From the human T2T-CHM13v2.0 reference genome, Homo sapiens, in assembly GCF_009914755.1 (NCBI RefSeq), contig NC_060938.1: a DNA stretch of 64,000 nucleotides, one strand, 5' to 3'. The notes beneath the pieces are model-generated. The model was not told where the DNA came from. It did no database searches and was given only the letters and a program-made list of their open reading frames with translations. The position numbers were made by a program, and so were the translations under genes. Within the stretch, counting starts at the first letter, position 1, and each line of letters opens with the position of its first letter. This document shows, one piece after another, positions 24,691 through 38,099 of the stretch.

Positions 24691-27600
24691 AAATGTCTCT
24701 AAAACTTGGCAGGAAATAAACCAAAATAAATGAAGTAAATCACTTTCTATTACTTCAACAATTCTGCTTGAAATATTCAGTCATCTCAATTTTTTTTGTT
24801 TTCTCATTTCCTAGACATTCAGTTTCTGCTAAATATGTCTAGATAGTGAGAGATATAATTTGTAATTATGAAAATGAGTGGTAACTTATACTCAGCTTCC
24901 ATGGAAGGAAGACCCTGCAGTGGAGGTGACTGTATTGAACAGAGGAATTCAAGAACCATCAGAAGAGAGGCCACCTACTTCACATAGTGACAACCATGGG
25001 ATGCCGTGCTTGAGCGCCATTTTCCTTTGGATTTTCAAGAAAACCCTGGAGTCCAGTTTTTTATGTGAAATCTCTATAATTTTTTCATGTCTTCCCTGAT
25101 TTTCTAGAAAAAGAAGCTGGTTGGGCCCAAGATATCACATCTACAGGTCCTATCTGGCCCATGCACCGACAGTTTGTAACCACATGTCAAAACATAGTAA
25201 AAAAAAAACAAACAAACAAACACCACCACCACCAACAACAAAAATGTACCTATATTTAAATCCATTCCTACTCTGACAATGTAATTTAAATTCATGGTGT
25301 CATGAACTAATATATACAGTTTTATCTTTTGAAAACTATTCTTCTTATACCATGTTCCAAGGCAGATGACCTCTTATACTCAGAGAGCAAATAACAGCAT
25401 TAGCACAACTCCTAACGTTTCTATAGCATAAATGAATACATGTACACAAGATTAAACATTTAATTAAAAGCTAAAATTTCATCCGAATTACCATTTTCTA
25501 AAATCAGTGTGGTATGCATCATGTATGCAGATTTGCTTTTACTAACATTTTAAATTCCACAAAGTAGTTTCAGGACAGTCACTGCTTAGCAGTATGTTAA
25601 CCCATTGCAAACATCTATTTTATTAAAATCTATGTGCAAAATCACTTTTTGGGAAAGGCAATAATGTTGTAATATAAAATGTCGTTTCATGAATTGGACT
25701 AAGAAAATTTTAGAAGATCACACTTTAGTTCCTTTTCATTTTTTTTTTGACATGATTGTGCTTGAATTTCTCCAGCAATTTCAGCAAATGTATTTTTAAC
25801 TTTAACAAACAGTAAGCTTTAATGTATTCCTGTTTGACATAATGAAATTGTATAACTCCCACGACTTTCTGCTTTTTTGATATTATATAAGAACCCTGTA
25901 ATTTTATATGCCAGAGAAGACAGAGCACCTGAGAATAAATGCTATTCAAACTTGTAGAGCAGTATCTGAAGATGCACTATGCATTTCTAAAGTAACTTGA
26001 GGTCAAAATTCACAAGAAAACAAGAGATGTTCAAATAAACTTTACTGAAGTGTGTTTTTCTGATTACATCTTATCTTTCAAATTTTCCCAAACACTGTTA
26101 TCAGTATTCACATGGAATCTGTCAATGCATAGATATTTACAGCACTAACCTGTTGTCTCCCCATTTCAAAGAGTTGGGTATTTGAAATTAAGTTTTGGAA
26201 AAACTGAAAAATGACATTTGAAACATAAACAAATGTTTATAATCACTATTATCTGGATAATCACATATGATATACAACTTTTTAAATTACTAAAATTAAG
26301 CAAACTATGGATGGTTCTTCAGGATGTCATTTTTTAATGAAGAGAGCAAAGTAACAAGTATAACAGTATTATTTATAAGGAAAGCTTTTTCTTTTTTACA
26401 GTTTTGAAATTTCACAAAGCAAGCTTTATCAAGCTTGACAAGAGAGAAAAGATATATTAAAAATGACTTCTTAAGGAAAAATCCTAGACGGTAGATACAG
26501 ATTGGCCTTCTAACTTAATTTCTGCTTTCCAGTTTGTCATATAAGTTTAAATAGTACATAAAAACCTAACTTTTCCAATTCCTTTTTAGCTCTCTAATAA
26601 TGAAACTCTAAAACTCTCGAAATTGGGAAAGGGCTGGCCTTCCTTCCTCTATAGAACGTCATCCTACACCTTCATCTGCTTGCATTTAAAGCCATTTGAT
26701 AATGTAAGTGCCTCCTGGACACAGCTCCATGCAATGTGTGACAGAGCTGCTTGCTGGTTTGTGAGTCTTGACAACTGACTTAATCGTGGTCTCTTTTCCC
26801 TAAAATTAAGGGCAAAAATCAATAGCATCCAGGATCCTATTTAAAATTACATCACAATGTTCAGCCTGCACTAACCTCATGAAGTAAAAGAAACTGTGTT
26901 GGGGATGAAGTAAAGAATGCCTTTTCCTGTTAGATGCTAAAGTGCAAAAACAGATTCGCGTGGTTAAGTATAGCCTTTGACAAGGTGCGATCCACCGAAT
27001 ACAGTCTGCTTACTTTTTTACACTTAATGCCATGAATATTGCCATGTCAATCACTACAGATTTCCTTCAGCCTTCCTTCTATTATATAGTATTTAATGGC
27101 AATGACATATCAAAATTTGGTTACCAATGGGTACTTACCATAGCGGATTTCTAATTTGTTGCTAATATCCTTATAAGAAGTATTTCTACATGTGAAAGTA
27201 TTTCTAAAGAGTAAAAATGAATTGCTTGGTCAATGACTTTTTGTTTTACAATTTTTGAAAAGTACTATCAAGTTGCCTAACAAAAGAGCTTTACCAATTT
27301 ACCTTCCAACCAACAGTTTGTGAGGCTGCATATTTCCCTGTACCCTCATCAGTACTGTATCCAATACTGGGCTTTTAATTTTTGACTGTCTGCTAGGTGA
27401 AAGATTAATTTGCACTTTGTAGATTACAGATGAGGTTGGCCATTTTTTTTCAATTGCGTATTCATCTTCCATTTGTATTCACATATTTTTAGTTCTTCTG
27501 TAAACTGTCCAGACCTTTGCAAATTTTTCCTTTGATTAATTTACTTGTTTTTATTTCTGAATGAGGCTCCATGTGTATCTTAATTGTTAATCCTTTGCCT

Positions 27601-28620
27601 TTTATGGCAAAGTTTTCTCCAATTCTTATGCTAAAGCTTTATATTTAAGGTATTTTTAATTGTTTAGGAGTTTAAATATTTGAGTAGGTTTGAATAGGGC
27701 AATGATTTCCCTTAATATTTTAGAGTTTTGACTTTGTTTCTTAGTTCTTAACTGCTTAGAATTTATTTTCTAAATAGATATCCAATTGTTCCAACCCCAC
27801 CTATGGTATAACACATTCTTTGTTTTACTGATTCAAAGTGACACTGCATTTTTATACACAAATATATCTCTTTCTGGAGGCTACAGATCTGTCTTTAAGG
27901 CAAAACCACATTGTTTTAATTATTAGCTGTGTAGTACATTTTGATATCTGGAAGAGTAAGTGCTCCTTTATCATTCTTCTTTTGGAATGTATTCTTTTTG
28001 GTATTTTAAAGTTTTATTTAAAAGATTTTAAAACCAAAAGAAAGAAAGGTATAGTAAGCTCCCATTTCCCACACTAGGTTCAAAAATTATCAAGATTTTC
28101 CTATATTTGCTTAGCTTATCCCTTCTTTTTTTTTTTCCCTTGCTGAAGTATTTTAAAGCAAATTCCAGATATTTTGTCATTATACCCCTACAAATTTTAG
28201 GGTACATTTCTTTAAAAAAACCAGACATTCGCATACATAATTAAAAATGCAATAATCATATTAATTGAAACTAACAATTTCAATTATCAATATCACCTAA
28301 TTTCTACTCCATAAACAAATGTCCCCCAATAGTTTTAAAACTTGTTTTTATAATTGATTTGTTTGAATAAGAGCTGAATGAATTCAATATATCACATTTG
28401 GTTATTATGTCTCTTAAATCTCTTTTGATCTAGAGAAGTCCACCTCCTTTTTCTTCATTTTTAAAATGCTGCTGACACGTAGAAGAAGCCTAATCACTTC
28501 TGCTCCTTGTTTTTTCATTTAACTTCTTCCTATTTTTTCTGTATTTCATGTAAAAGAAAGTTACCTCTGGAGGACTAATTAAATTCAGGTTCAACTTTTT
28601 GGGCAAGAATGCTTTATGTT

Positions 28621-29082
28621 TGTGTGACAGTTAATCTTATGTGCCTTCTTGGCTAGATTATGCTCCAGATATCTGGTCAAACATTATTCTAGATATTTCT
28701 GTGAAGGTATTTCTTGATGAGATTCCGGTAGACTTTGAGTAAAGCAGTTTACCCTCCATAATATGGGAGGACCTCGTCCAATCAGTTGAAGGCATTAACA
28801 GAAAAAAGACTGACCTCCCCTGAAGAAGAGGGAATTCTGTCAGCAGACTTGGGACTCCAGCTGCAAGATCAATTCTTCCCTGGGTCTCTGCTACCCTATC
28901 CTACAGATTTTGGACTTGTCAGCCTCCACAATCACATGTACCAATTCCCCTCGCTCTCTCGCTGTCTCCCTCCCCTTCCTCCCAAGGCATTTGTGTGTAC
29001 GCGTGCGCATGCGCGCGCGCGCGCACACACACACACACACACCCTGTTGTGTGTGGGAACTCTGGGAATCCTACTTAATAGA
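28621..29082 (+). mobile_element. MLT2 (ERVL) solo LTR
   Basis: tgtgacagttaatcttatgtg...ctggtcaaacattattctaga...ccaatcagttgaaggc...cctccacaatcacatg. Confidence 0.88.
28992..29042 (+). repeat. Compound alternating purine-pyrimidine repeat (TG)/(GC)7/(AC)9
   Basis: tgtgtgtacgcgtgcgcat gcgcgcgcgcgcgc acacacacacacacacac. Confidence 0.95.
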
Positions 29083-29219
29083 GTTCAGAACTGTGTACTT
29101 CATTTTGCATAACATCTTGAGGCCCACAATGTCTACTTTAGTACTGATTGATAAGTAGATTCAGGTGGTTATATCTGATCTTTTCATTTTGAACTTCCTT
29201 ACCAAAGTTTTATCTAAAA

Positions 29220-29406
29220 CTGAGGCTCTTGAAGTATGATTCTCAGACTAGCAGCATCAGCATCACCTGGAAATTTGTTAGAAATGTATGTTCTTGGCCA
29301 CACCCCAAACATATTGAATCAGAACCTATAGGAGTGAGGCCCAAAAATCTACGTTTTCACAAGTCCTCCAGGAGAGTCTGATGCACAGTACACTTGAGAA
29401 GCAATG
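29220..29406. mobile_element. MER5A
   Basis: cagcagcatcagcatcacctggaaatttgttagaaatg-like core...aagtcctccaggagagtctgatgcac. Confidence 0.85.
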
Positions 29407-32400
29407 CCGTAATGATTTATCCATTGATGAACACTGCCTAGATCAATGATTTTATTAAAGGCTGCAAAAGCATGACTTTCTCTTTCTCCCATTCATTCCA
29501 CATTACTAGCTGAAATTTTTTCACAACGAATATCTTTTCCTCATAAATTAGTGCTATTTGGTTATTTGCAATTCAGTTCATACATGAAAGGCTACATAAA
29601 TTCTGAATTCCTTACTTTTACTTGTTATTTTTTTGAATAATTAGTTGGTACCCTAATTATTTCCAGTGGTAGTCAATACTTTTTCTTTTCTTTTTTAACT
29701 CTTACATATCATGAGCTCACAGATTTTTATATATTCAGTATGCTTCCAGCAATTGAACTTTTTAGTCTTTTTGATGCTTAAATTGTTCCACATTTGCTCA
29801 GTCGGTGATCCTTCATGTTGGTAACTATATCTTTTTGATGATACTCAGTTTTTGATAATTTATTTGCTACCTAGCATAATATGATCTGAGGCTGATATTC
29901 TATATTTCTGGTCTCAGACTTAAATCCTCTTAACATCTCAGAATCACAAGAGCCCAAAATTGGGATACCGAAGATATTCTTTCACATTTCCCCTTTCAGA
30001 TCAGTTTATCAAATGAAATAAATTCCTTTGAAATTTATTAGGATTGTAATAAATTAATGATTAATCTGGGAAGAACTAAAATGTTTATGTTATTGAACCT
30101 CTCTATCTAGAAATATGGAATCGTCTCCTTTGCTCTTCTTGCATTGTAATCCAAGAATGTATCACAGTTTTCCTCTAGAAGTATGGATGTTTCTAAGGTT
30201 TAATCCTAAGTATTTTATGGATTTCTCTGATGATTTATGGTTTATTATCAACCCCTCTAATTGCGTGTAAGAGCTTTTAAGTTTAATTTCTTAGGTTTAA
30301 CTGTCAAACTGTGTAGAAAACAGTTATTGGTTTTCTCCTTTCTAATGCTTATATACAATTTCTTTTTCTTATGTCGTTAGCTAAGACCTCCTGTATAATA
30401 TTTAGTAATATGATATTAGACCATTCTACTTTATTTCAGACTTTTATGAAAATAATTCTTTCTCACTTCCCTGTTATATGAGGTACTTGATACAGGTTAA
30501 GAAAGTTTATCTTTATTCCTAACTTGCTACACATTTATCTCAGAAATAGATGCAAAATTTTCCAATACCTATTGAAATGATCATATTGTTTTCTTTTTTA
30601 ATCTATTAATGTAAGAATTTTGCAATAATACATTTATGGAAACTGTACTACCCTTCACTTCTAGAACAGACTTCATTTAGATTTTCAAAGGTATTGATAA
30701 AAAGTTATGCATAGTATTATCTTTAATATTTTGTAATTCCCTTATTTTATTGTTCTCTTAAATGTCCTTTAGCGAAGTAATTAATTCATTACTTCTAAAT
30801 ATTTTTGTACACTAATAAATGCATTTAAGGGTATTGATTTTCTTCCTGAGACCATTTTAGCAATATCCTAAAAGTGCATAATGAATAATGCTCTCATCAT
30901 TCATTTCAAATTAGCTGTAATTTCATGATTTGTTTGTTCTTTTTAACCTGAAGTTTTAGAATGATATTTTAAAATTTCCAAGTTAATAAATTTTGTTTGT
31001 CCTTTCTATTTTTATTTTATTTTACTGCACTAATGTTGAGGAACATAGCCTGGGAGGTTTCTACTTTGAGGAATTTATTAAGATTTTCTTTGCCACGTGG
31101 TCAAATCTGTGATTTTTTTTCCCCATAGGTTTTTGACCATTCTTTGTCTATGCCTTCCTCTCAGTTACCTCATCAATATTTACCAATCCTCAACTCAAGA
31201 AGCTTTCCTATTTAAATCCCAGCATCTCCTATCACCTTCCATGCAAAAACAGTGGTAACATCTCTAACTATGCCTACTAGACTTTGGAATAAAGTTAATG
31301 TCTCCTTTTTACTTTCTCCCCTTTCAGCCTTCAAGGAATCCACTTCAATTGTACTAAGCCCTGCGCTGCACAGGGTATGACAGCTAAATTTGAGGGCTGC
31401 TGTTTGGTAGGCAGACTGTGTCTGGTGCTACCTGTGAATCGTTATACTCCACTGGGTTTTGGGACAGTTTCTATTGCTCTTAACTCAAATGATTGTAGTA
31501 TTAGATGTTATGTGTTATGTCAGAAAATGAGACATTGAACATAACTTTATTCTTCTTTGGGAAAGAAATAACAAATTTAGAAGGGTTTTGATGATTACTA
31601 TCTCACAATCAGAAAATAAGAATTTAGAAGGATATACTGGAGAGTAGAAAAGGAAGATGTAGGTATAAAGGAAGATGATAAGATTTACGTGTATATCTTT
31701 TTTTCCCACCTCATGTTAGAGTCTATGTACACAAATAAATATATGTTAATGAATATATCTTTGGGGTGACAACTAATCAGTCATGCAAACATAAACAATA
31801 CAGAGGGAATAAACATCTCTAGGGATGCTTCAGAACAAAGGTCCAGGCTCAAGGGATACTCTCAAACTCTTTCCTATGAATCAAGATTTGAATACTTGTG
31901 GCCATGGCCTTTCACATGGCCTCTCACAAACCCCAAAACACATACAGAGTTGTTTGTATTCTGAAGTAAAAACATCAGAGTGGGCAAGCCAGTGCTTTCA
32001 CTGGGTGCTGGATTCTGAGAATCAAAACATTTAGGAAAACACAGATCTTATATTTGAATATCCTTATGATAGGTAATACTGAATATTTCCACAAGAAATG
32101 TAAACAATACAACACGGGACAAAACCATTCGACAAAGAGTTTTTGGACTGTGAGGCGCTGAGGCTGAGAAAGGGTATCTAGTGAAGAGACAGTCATGCTC
32201 CTTGCCATAGCTGACAGAGACCCAGGGGAAAGGCCTGTTTATAAAAGAAGACCCATGACTCAGAAATAAAACATGTAATTATGGCATAACCATAGAAAGG
32301 ACCCACCATGAGAAAAATATAAAATAAGGGCTACTCAATTCCTATGGAATGGTCTCTCATCTTTGTACTAGTAGCCACTCATCCTTTATACCTGGCTATG

Positions 32401-33335
32401 TGGATAACAGCATTTGGTATCGAGTCCGACTAATCTCTTTATCATTCTTGCCAAAGTAAAACACTAATTTACAACACATTACTATCCTACTTTGAATGAC
32501 AAGAAATTTATTTTCTGATTGGAGAACTACACTCTAAGGAATCCTTCAAAAAGCCTTCAAAGAGGGCAGAGAATCAGACCAAAGTGCATCTGACTCCAAA
32601 GCCCTTACCACTGCACAATAATTCCACCCACCCCCTGCCCCAATTTCAATGTTGTTTCAATACAAATCTCAAGAGCATTCACGTGGGAGCCTGTGTATCC
32701 CCTCAACAGTAACTGGTTTTCTTTGTTTTGTTTTGTTTGAGACCCCAAACTTCCATTCTATATGTTCAATGACTTCATACTTATGCACATTTACTCAGGT
32801 ATTTTAAATGAGTTATTTTTTTCTCATTTTTTTGTGTAGATGGCATAATTAAAAAGTTTAAATAAGTTGAAAGAACAGACGCATGTATCTAGAAGGATTT
32901 GGTATATCTCTTTTACACACACAGACATACACACACAAATAGACTCACACACAATTCGGTCCATGTGATATTTGTCCTATCAAGGCTAAAGATGTAGTGT
33001 TATTCCATCAAAATTACCACTGCATAAAATGCCACTTTAGATTGCTCTGCCCTGACAAGAGTGGAAAATCTCTGCTTCACAGAAGCAAAGCATAACTGTA
33101 CTTCAGGACTGCAAGGTACTATAGCCAAATCCTTTGAATTACTCACGTCGATATGTTATCCTCTAAAGACGATGATCTGAATAACCACTATCCTTATTTT
33201 ATCCCTGAAATTTATCCCTGAAATAACTTATTCCCAAGAAATAAATGTATTTGAGCTTCTTGACATTTTTATCCTTATATTCCACAGAACTTAAGCAATT
33301 AAAATTATGAATGACCTCCATGTTATTTTAACATA

Positions 33336-33437
33336 CTAGGTTGCTGCAAAAGTAATTGCGGTTTTTGCCACTGCTTTCATTTCAGAGATTAATTGAAAGT
33401 AAAGGCAAAAACTGCAATTACTTTTGCACCAACCTAA
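33336..33437. mobile_element. MADE1, extended fold-back form (102 bp)
   Basis: Both TIRs present; 47-bp inverted arms with an 8-nt loop. Confidence 0.92.
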
Positions 33438-33494
33438 CCCTCCTTTTATCAAACCTTTATCCTCTCGATGAACAGAAAAGCCAGATTCTGTTTT

Positions 33495-34330
33495 TTTTTT
33501 TGTCTTTATTGAGATATAATTCACATCCTATACAATTAACCCATTTAAAGTATATAGCTCAGTGGTTTTAAAAATATTCATAAGGTTCCTGAACCATCGC
33601 TGCTATCTGATTCCAAAATATTTCATCACTGCAAAATGAAACCCTGTCACTATTAGTAGTCACGACACATTCTTCCCTCCCTCAAGCCTATGGCAACCAC
33701 TAATCTACTTTCTGTTTGTATGGTTGTACTGATTCCAGACATTTCATATAAATGCCATATAACATATAAACTGACTGGCTTCTTCATTTTGTCATAATGT
33801 TTTGCAGGTTCATCCATGATGTAACAAGTATCTTTACTTCATTTTTATAGCTAAATAATATTCTACTGAATGGGTATACCACATTTTCTTTAACCACCCC
33901 TTAGTTGATGAACATCTGTTTTTTCTACTTTTGGCTATAATTAATAATGCTACTATGAATATTTGTGTATAAACTTTTGTATGAACATATGTTTTCAATT
34001 CTTTGGGGTATAAACCAAGAAGTAGAATTGCTGGGAACTTCTTGAGGAACTGCCAAACTGTTTTCCAAAGCAGCTGCACCATTTTACATTCCATCAACAA
34101 TTTATGAGGGTTCCAATCTTTCCACATCCTTGTCAAAATTGTTACTGTCTGTCTACTTGATTATAGCCATCCTACTGGATGTTAAATAGTATCTCACTGT
34201 AGTTTTGACTTGCATTTTCCTAATGACGAATGATGCTGAGCACCTTTTCATGTGCTTACTGGTCATATGTGTATCTTCTTTGGATAAATGTCTATTCAAA
34301 TTCTTTGCCCATTTTATAAAATTGGTTTCC
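33495..34330 (-). mobile_element. L1MB 3' end and ORF2 C-terminus
   Basis: tttattgagatataattcaca; minus-strand ORFs with PAILLLGLYPKELK and LNRHLSKED. Confidence 0.88.
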
Positions 34331-34779
34331 CCATTTCTTTTTAAGTCTTTGAATTTCAATGGAAATTCAATCCATATGCGTTATTCTTGTTCACTGATGA
34401 GTGTTTTCCAGGAAATCTTGTTAGATGCTGTTAAAATTATGAGTTTTAAAAACCCACACTAACATCCATTAAAACAATGTTGTCTTTGCAGTGACAAGTA
34501 ATAATGATAATGTTCTAAACTGATTATCATCCATATCAAATTTAAATTCAAATCTGACTTAAGTGCCCATGACAACAATCAGCGTGAAAGTTTAATATAT
34601 TCAAAAATAATTATTTAGCAACACTCATTGCCAGATGTTGCACAAGGCACCAGGGATAATAATAACAACAAGAAGAAAAAATGTTAAAACATGTAAGTGG
34701 CTTTAGTATCTCATATAATCTTTACCAAAAATCCTATGATATTATTGTTACACTTACAAATTAGGTAATCATGGTCCCT

Positions 34780-35625
34780 TCTTTCACAGAGTATCTTCTA
34801 CTTTAAAACCAGCAAAAGTGTAATTATAAACAAAGTGAGATATGTTACTGAAGGGAACACCTGGTAGAAAAAGTTGCCTCACCCAAATGTGGTATTTCAG
34901 GTGAGATTCTTAGGGAAGGATATATGTGCTGAGTCATGAAAGATGAATTGAAATTAGCCAGGCAAATCAAATGAGGATGAAAATGCATACAAATAGTACA
35001 GGTTGAAGGACTAGCAGGTGTAAAAGGGAACTGGAAGCAAGGCAAGGCATTTCTTCTAATGTATTAAAAAAAATGGGAGCAGTTCCATATGCCCATATAC
35101 TAGAATCGGGTAGAGTAGGGAGTAGAACAGGAAGCCATATTGCTGAAGAATTAAGTAGAAGTCAAATCACAAACAATTTCATAAATAATGTAGGAGGATT
35201 TAGCCTTATGCTATTGAAGGGTTTTATATAGAGAAATATTGTTATCCAATCCAGGCTTTAGAAGTTACTAGGATTACACAATAGAAAAGAATGAAATGAG
35301 AGGGAACAAAACTGGAGGCAAGGAAACCAACAAGGAAACTATTCCAGTGAGAAAGGTGGGAGAATATGGTACTTGAACTAGCAGATAGTAAGGGATGTAG
35401 TTATTTAATAGAAGGTAATATCAACAGAAGTTTGGGATACATTAGATTCCTTCAATTGTCCATTTAATTTATATGTATTGTGCTTATTGTCAGGCTCTGC
35501 TGTAGGCACTGAGAATATAGCATATAGCAATAAAGTAGAAAGATAATGTACCTGCCTTTGTGGAAATTATATTCGAGTGGGGAAGAAACATAAATAATAG
35601 CCAAATAGATAATTTATGATATATA
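34780..35625 (-). mobile_element. L2 remnants
   Basis: gctgagtcatgaaagatgaa; caggctctgctgtaggcactgagaatatagca. Degenerate. Confidence 0.55.
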
Positions 35626-36612
35626 TCTGTAAGTCCAGTATCACTCACCTCTCCTATCAGTTTCTTCCCTGATGCAACCAAAGAACTGCTAACCATTTCC
35701 ACCTCCAAACTAGGGCAGAACCTCCAATTCAGGCACTTTTTGTGTTTCTGGAGCTCAACTCCCTGTTTGTATATGAAACTCACTACTGGATTACTTCATG
35801 ATATTAGTAACTTTTCACTGACTCCTGACTCTAGATTGTGTCTGTCGGCTTCATGAATGTTGATGTTCCATCCTGGACTCATTCTTTATTCATCATCATA
35901 AGATGGCCCCTGGGATACATCTTTCAGGCTAATAGATTACTGACCCTTCCAAGACCTCTCAAAAATATCTGGCTAATGACATATCAATCTTCATTAACTG
36001 CCCATCTCTTCTAACAGCAGCTCCTTGACCATCAAAGGTAATTTTGTCAACCTTACATTTGGAGGCTCACCTTTTATCTAAAACACAAATGCTGCTTAAT
36101 AAATGCTGTTAGTCATTCTAGTGTGTTTATCATTCCTACCTAAGGAATTAACACATAATGATGTCCCCATCAAGCAGATAAGATGACATTAGGAAGGACA
36201 ATTTAACAAGATGTCCAAATCAAGTCCCCAAATGAGGCAATGGGGAGTTGAAGGAACTAAGAAAGCACAGCCTAGAAATGATAAGACTTTAGGGCATTGA
36301 CTATTTAAAGGATGACATTAAAAAGTGGCATTAGGATAATTTTACATATCTTCAGAGGAGCCAATAATGAAACAGACAATTGAAACTATTATTAGAATTT
36401 GAATCTACAAGTCTTCATTTTAGTGACTGAATAGGTATTAAGTGCATAAGCATCTGAATTTTTTGAAAAATTAATTTCAAAATGTATTGGTGGCCATGAC
36501 GTTAAATAAAAGGTTTGTCTAGATATTTCGTTCTTACTAATTAGTCTCAGTGAGGTAAAGGGATCAAGCATCCTCACAAGTTAGAATATTTATTTAAGAA
36601 AAAAAATCTTTA

Positions 36613-36915
36613 GGCTGGGCGCACTGGCTCACGCCTGTAATCCCTGCACTTTGGAAGCAGGTGGATCCTTTCAGCTCAGGAGTTCGAGACCAGTCTGGGC
36701 AACATGGCAAAACCTCCTCTCTACAAAAAATACAAAAATTAGCCGGGCATGGTGGCTCGCATGCCAGTAGTCCCAGCTACGGAAGTGGGGAGGGTGCTGA
36801 GGTGGCAGGATCACTTGAGACCAGGAGGTAGAGGCTACAGTGAGCAATGTTCACACCACTGCACTCCAACCTGGGTGACAGAGCAAGTCCCTGTCTCAAA
36901 AACAAACAAACAAAA
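36613..36915 (+). mobile_element. AluJb-like
   Basis: gggcaacatggcaaaacc, ctctacaaaaaatac and ggatcacttgag..gaggctacag; (CAAA)n tail. Confidence 0.92.
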
Positions 36916-37518
36916 CTTTAGGTCTTTAAATAAAAATAAAGCTACAACCACTCCCAAGATAGCAAAATTTTTTATATTTATTATAAGATATATTTTGGTG
37001 TACTTTATTAACTTTTACTATAGCATTAATGTGCCAAGTTTCTTCAATATGTACTGCATGCTTGGAAATTGTTATTAAGCAAATTCCCTTTGTTGATGGC
37101 AAATTCAGATCTAAAGAGAAGAGCTTCCTATATCTATTGATTAGCACCTGTTTCAGAAGCAGATTAGTTATGGAATAAAGTTGTCCCATAAAGTTAGCTT
37201 ACTCAGTAAACAGAGTATGTTTCATTATTGTTACTAGTAAAGAATTTTAAAAGACATACAATTTATTTCCTTAAGTAAAAGGGAAAAATAGAAAAATATA
37301 GAAGAATTATTTTACAGTTTTTGTTGCATTAAGAACCATACCTACTTAATCATACCAGAATTCCAATTTATAAGCTTTTAAATCCCACCATATAAAAAAT
37401 AAATCCGAGGAGATGATTAACACAAATTTCAAGACAGCGAGAAGGCACAGAGTCAGGGAAGGGGCACACAAAGGTTTTTCAGGATTATAGCATTGCTCTC
37501 ATTGTTCAGGGGGACGGT

Positions 37519-37992
37519 TGTTATATTAGGATTCTCCAGAGAAAGAGAACCAATAAGAGAAATAGATAGATACAGATGCAGATACATAAAAAGATTTATT
37601 ACAAGAAATTGGCTCAAATAATCATAGAGGCTGAGAAACCCCAAGATCTGCAGTTGGTAAGCTGGTGACCCAGGAGAGCCAATGGTATAGCTCCAGTCCA
37701 ACTCTGAGTTCTAAAGCAGGAGAAGGCTGATGCAACAGCTTGGAAACAGGGAGAGAGAGCAAAATTTCCCTAGTCATTCTTTTTATTCTATTCAGGCCTT
37801 CAATTTATGGGATGATGCCCACACACATCAAGGAGGGCAATCTACTTTATTCCATCTACCAATATAAATATTAATCTCATTCAACCAATATAAATATTAA
37901 TCTCATTCAGAAACACCCTCACAGACACACCGGGAATAACCTTTAACCAAACTCCATGGCCCAGTCAAGTTGACACAAAATTAGCAATCCCA
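37519..37992 (-). mobile_element. MLT2 (ERVL) solo LTR with internal 26-bp duplication
   Basis: attaggattctccagagaaagagaaccaata...gaaacaccctcacagacacacc...ggcccagtcaagttgacaca. Confidence 0.9.
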
Positions 37993-38099
37993 GTTGGTTA
38001 TACTGATATTCACTAGTGTTCAATTACTTCTTCACACAGTGTGTGTTTATTCTTTTTATATGTTTAAGAAGGAAAGTTGAATTAAAAAACAGAACTATG

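Larger units (their letters stand above)
27000..31140 (-). mobile_element. Highly degraded L1M (ME/MC-like) tract with nested LTR and MITE
   Basis: Antisense ORF2-like motifs (ccaatttaccttccaaccaacag; gatatccaattgttccaac; attaatctgggaagaact). Boundaries approximate. Confidence 0.6.
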
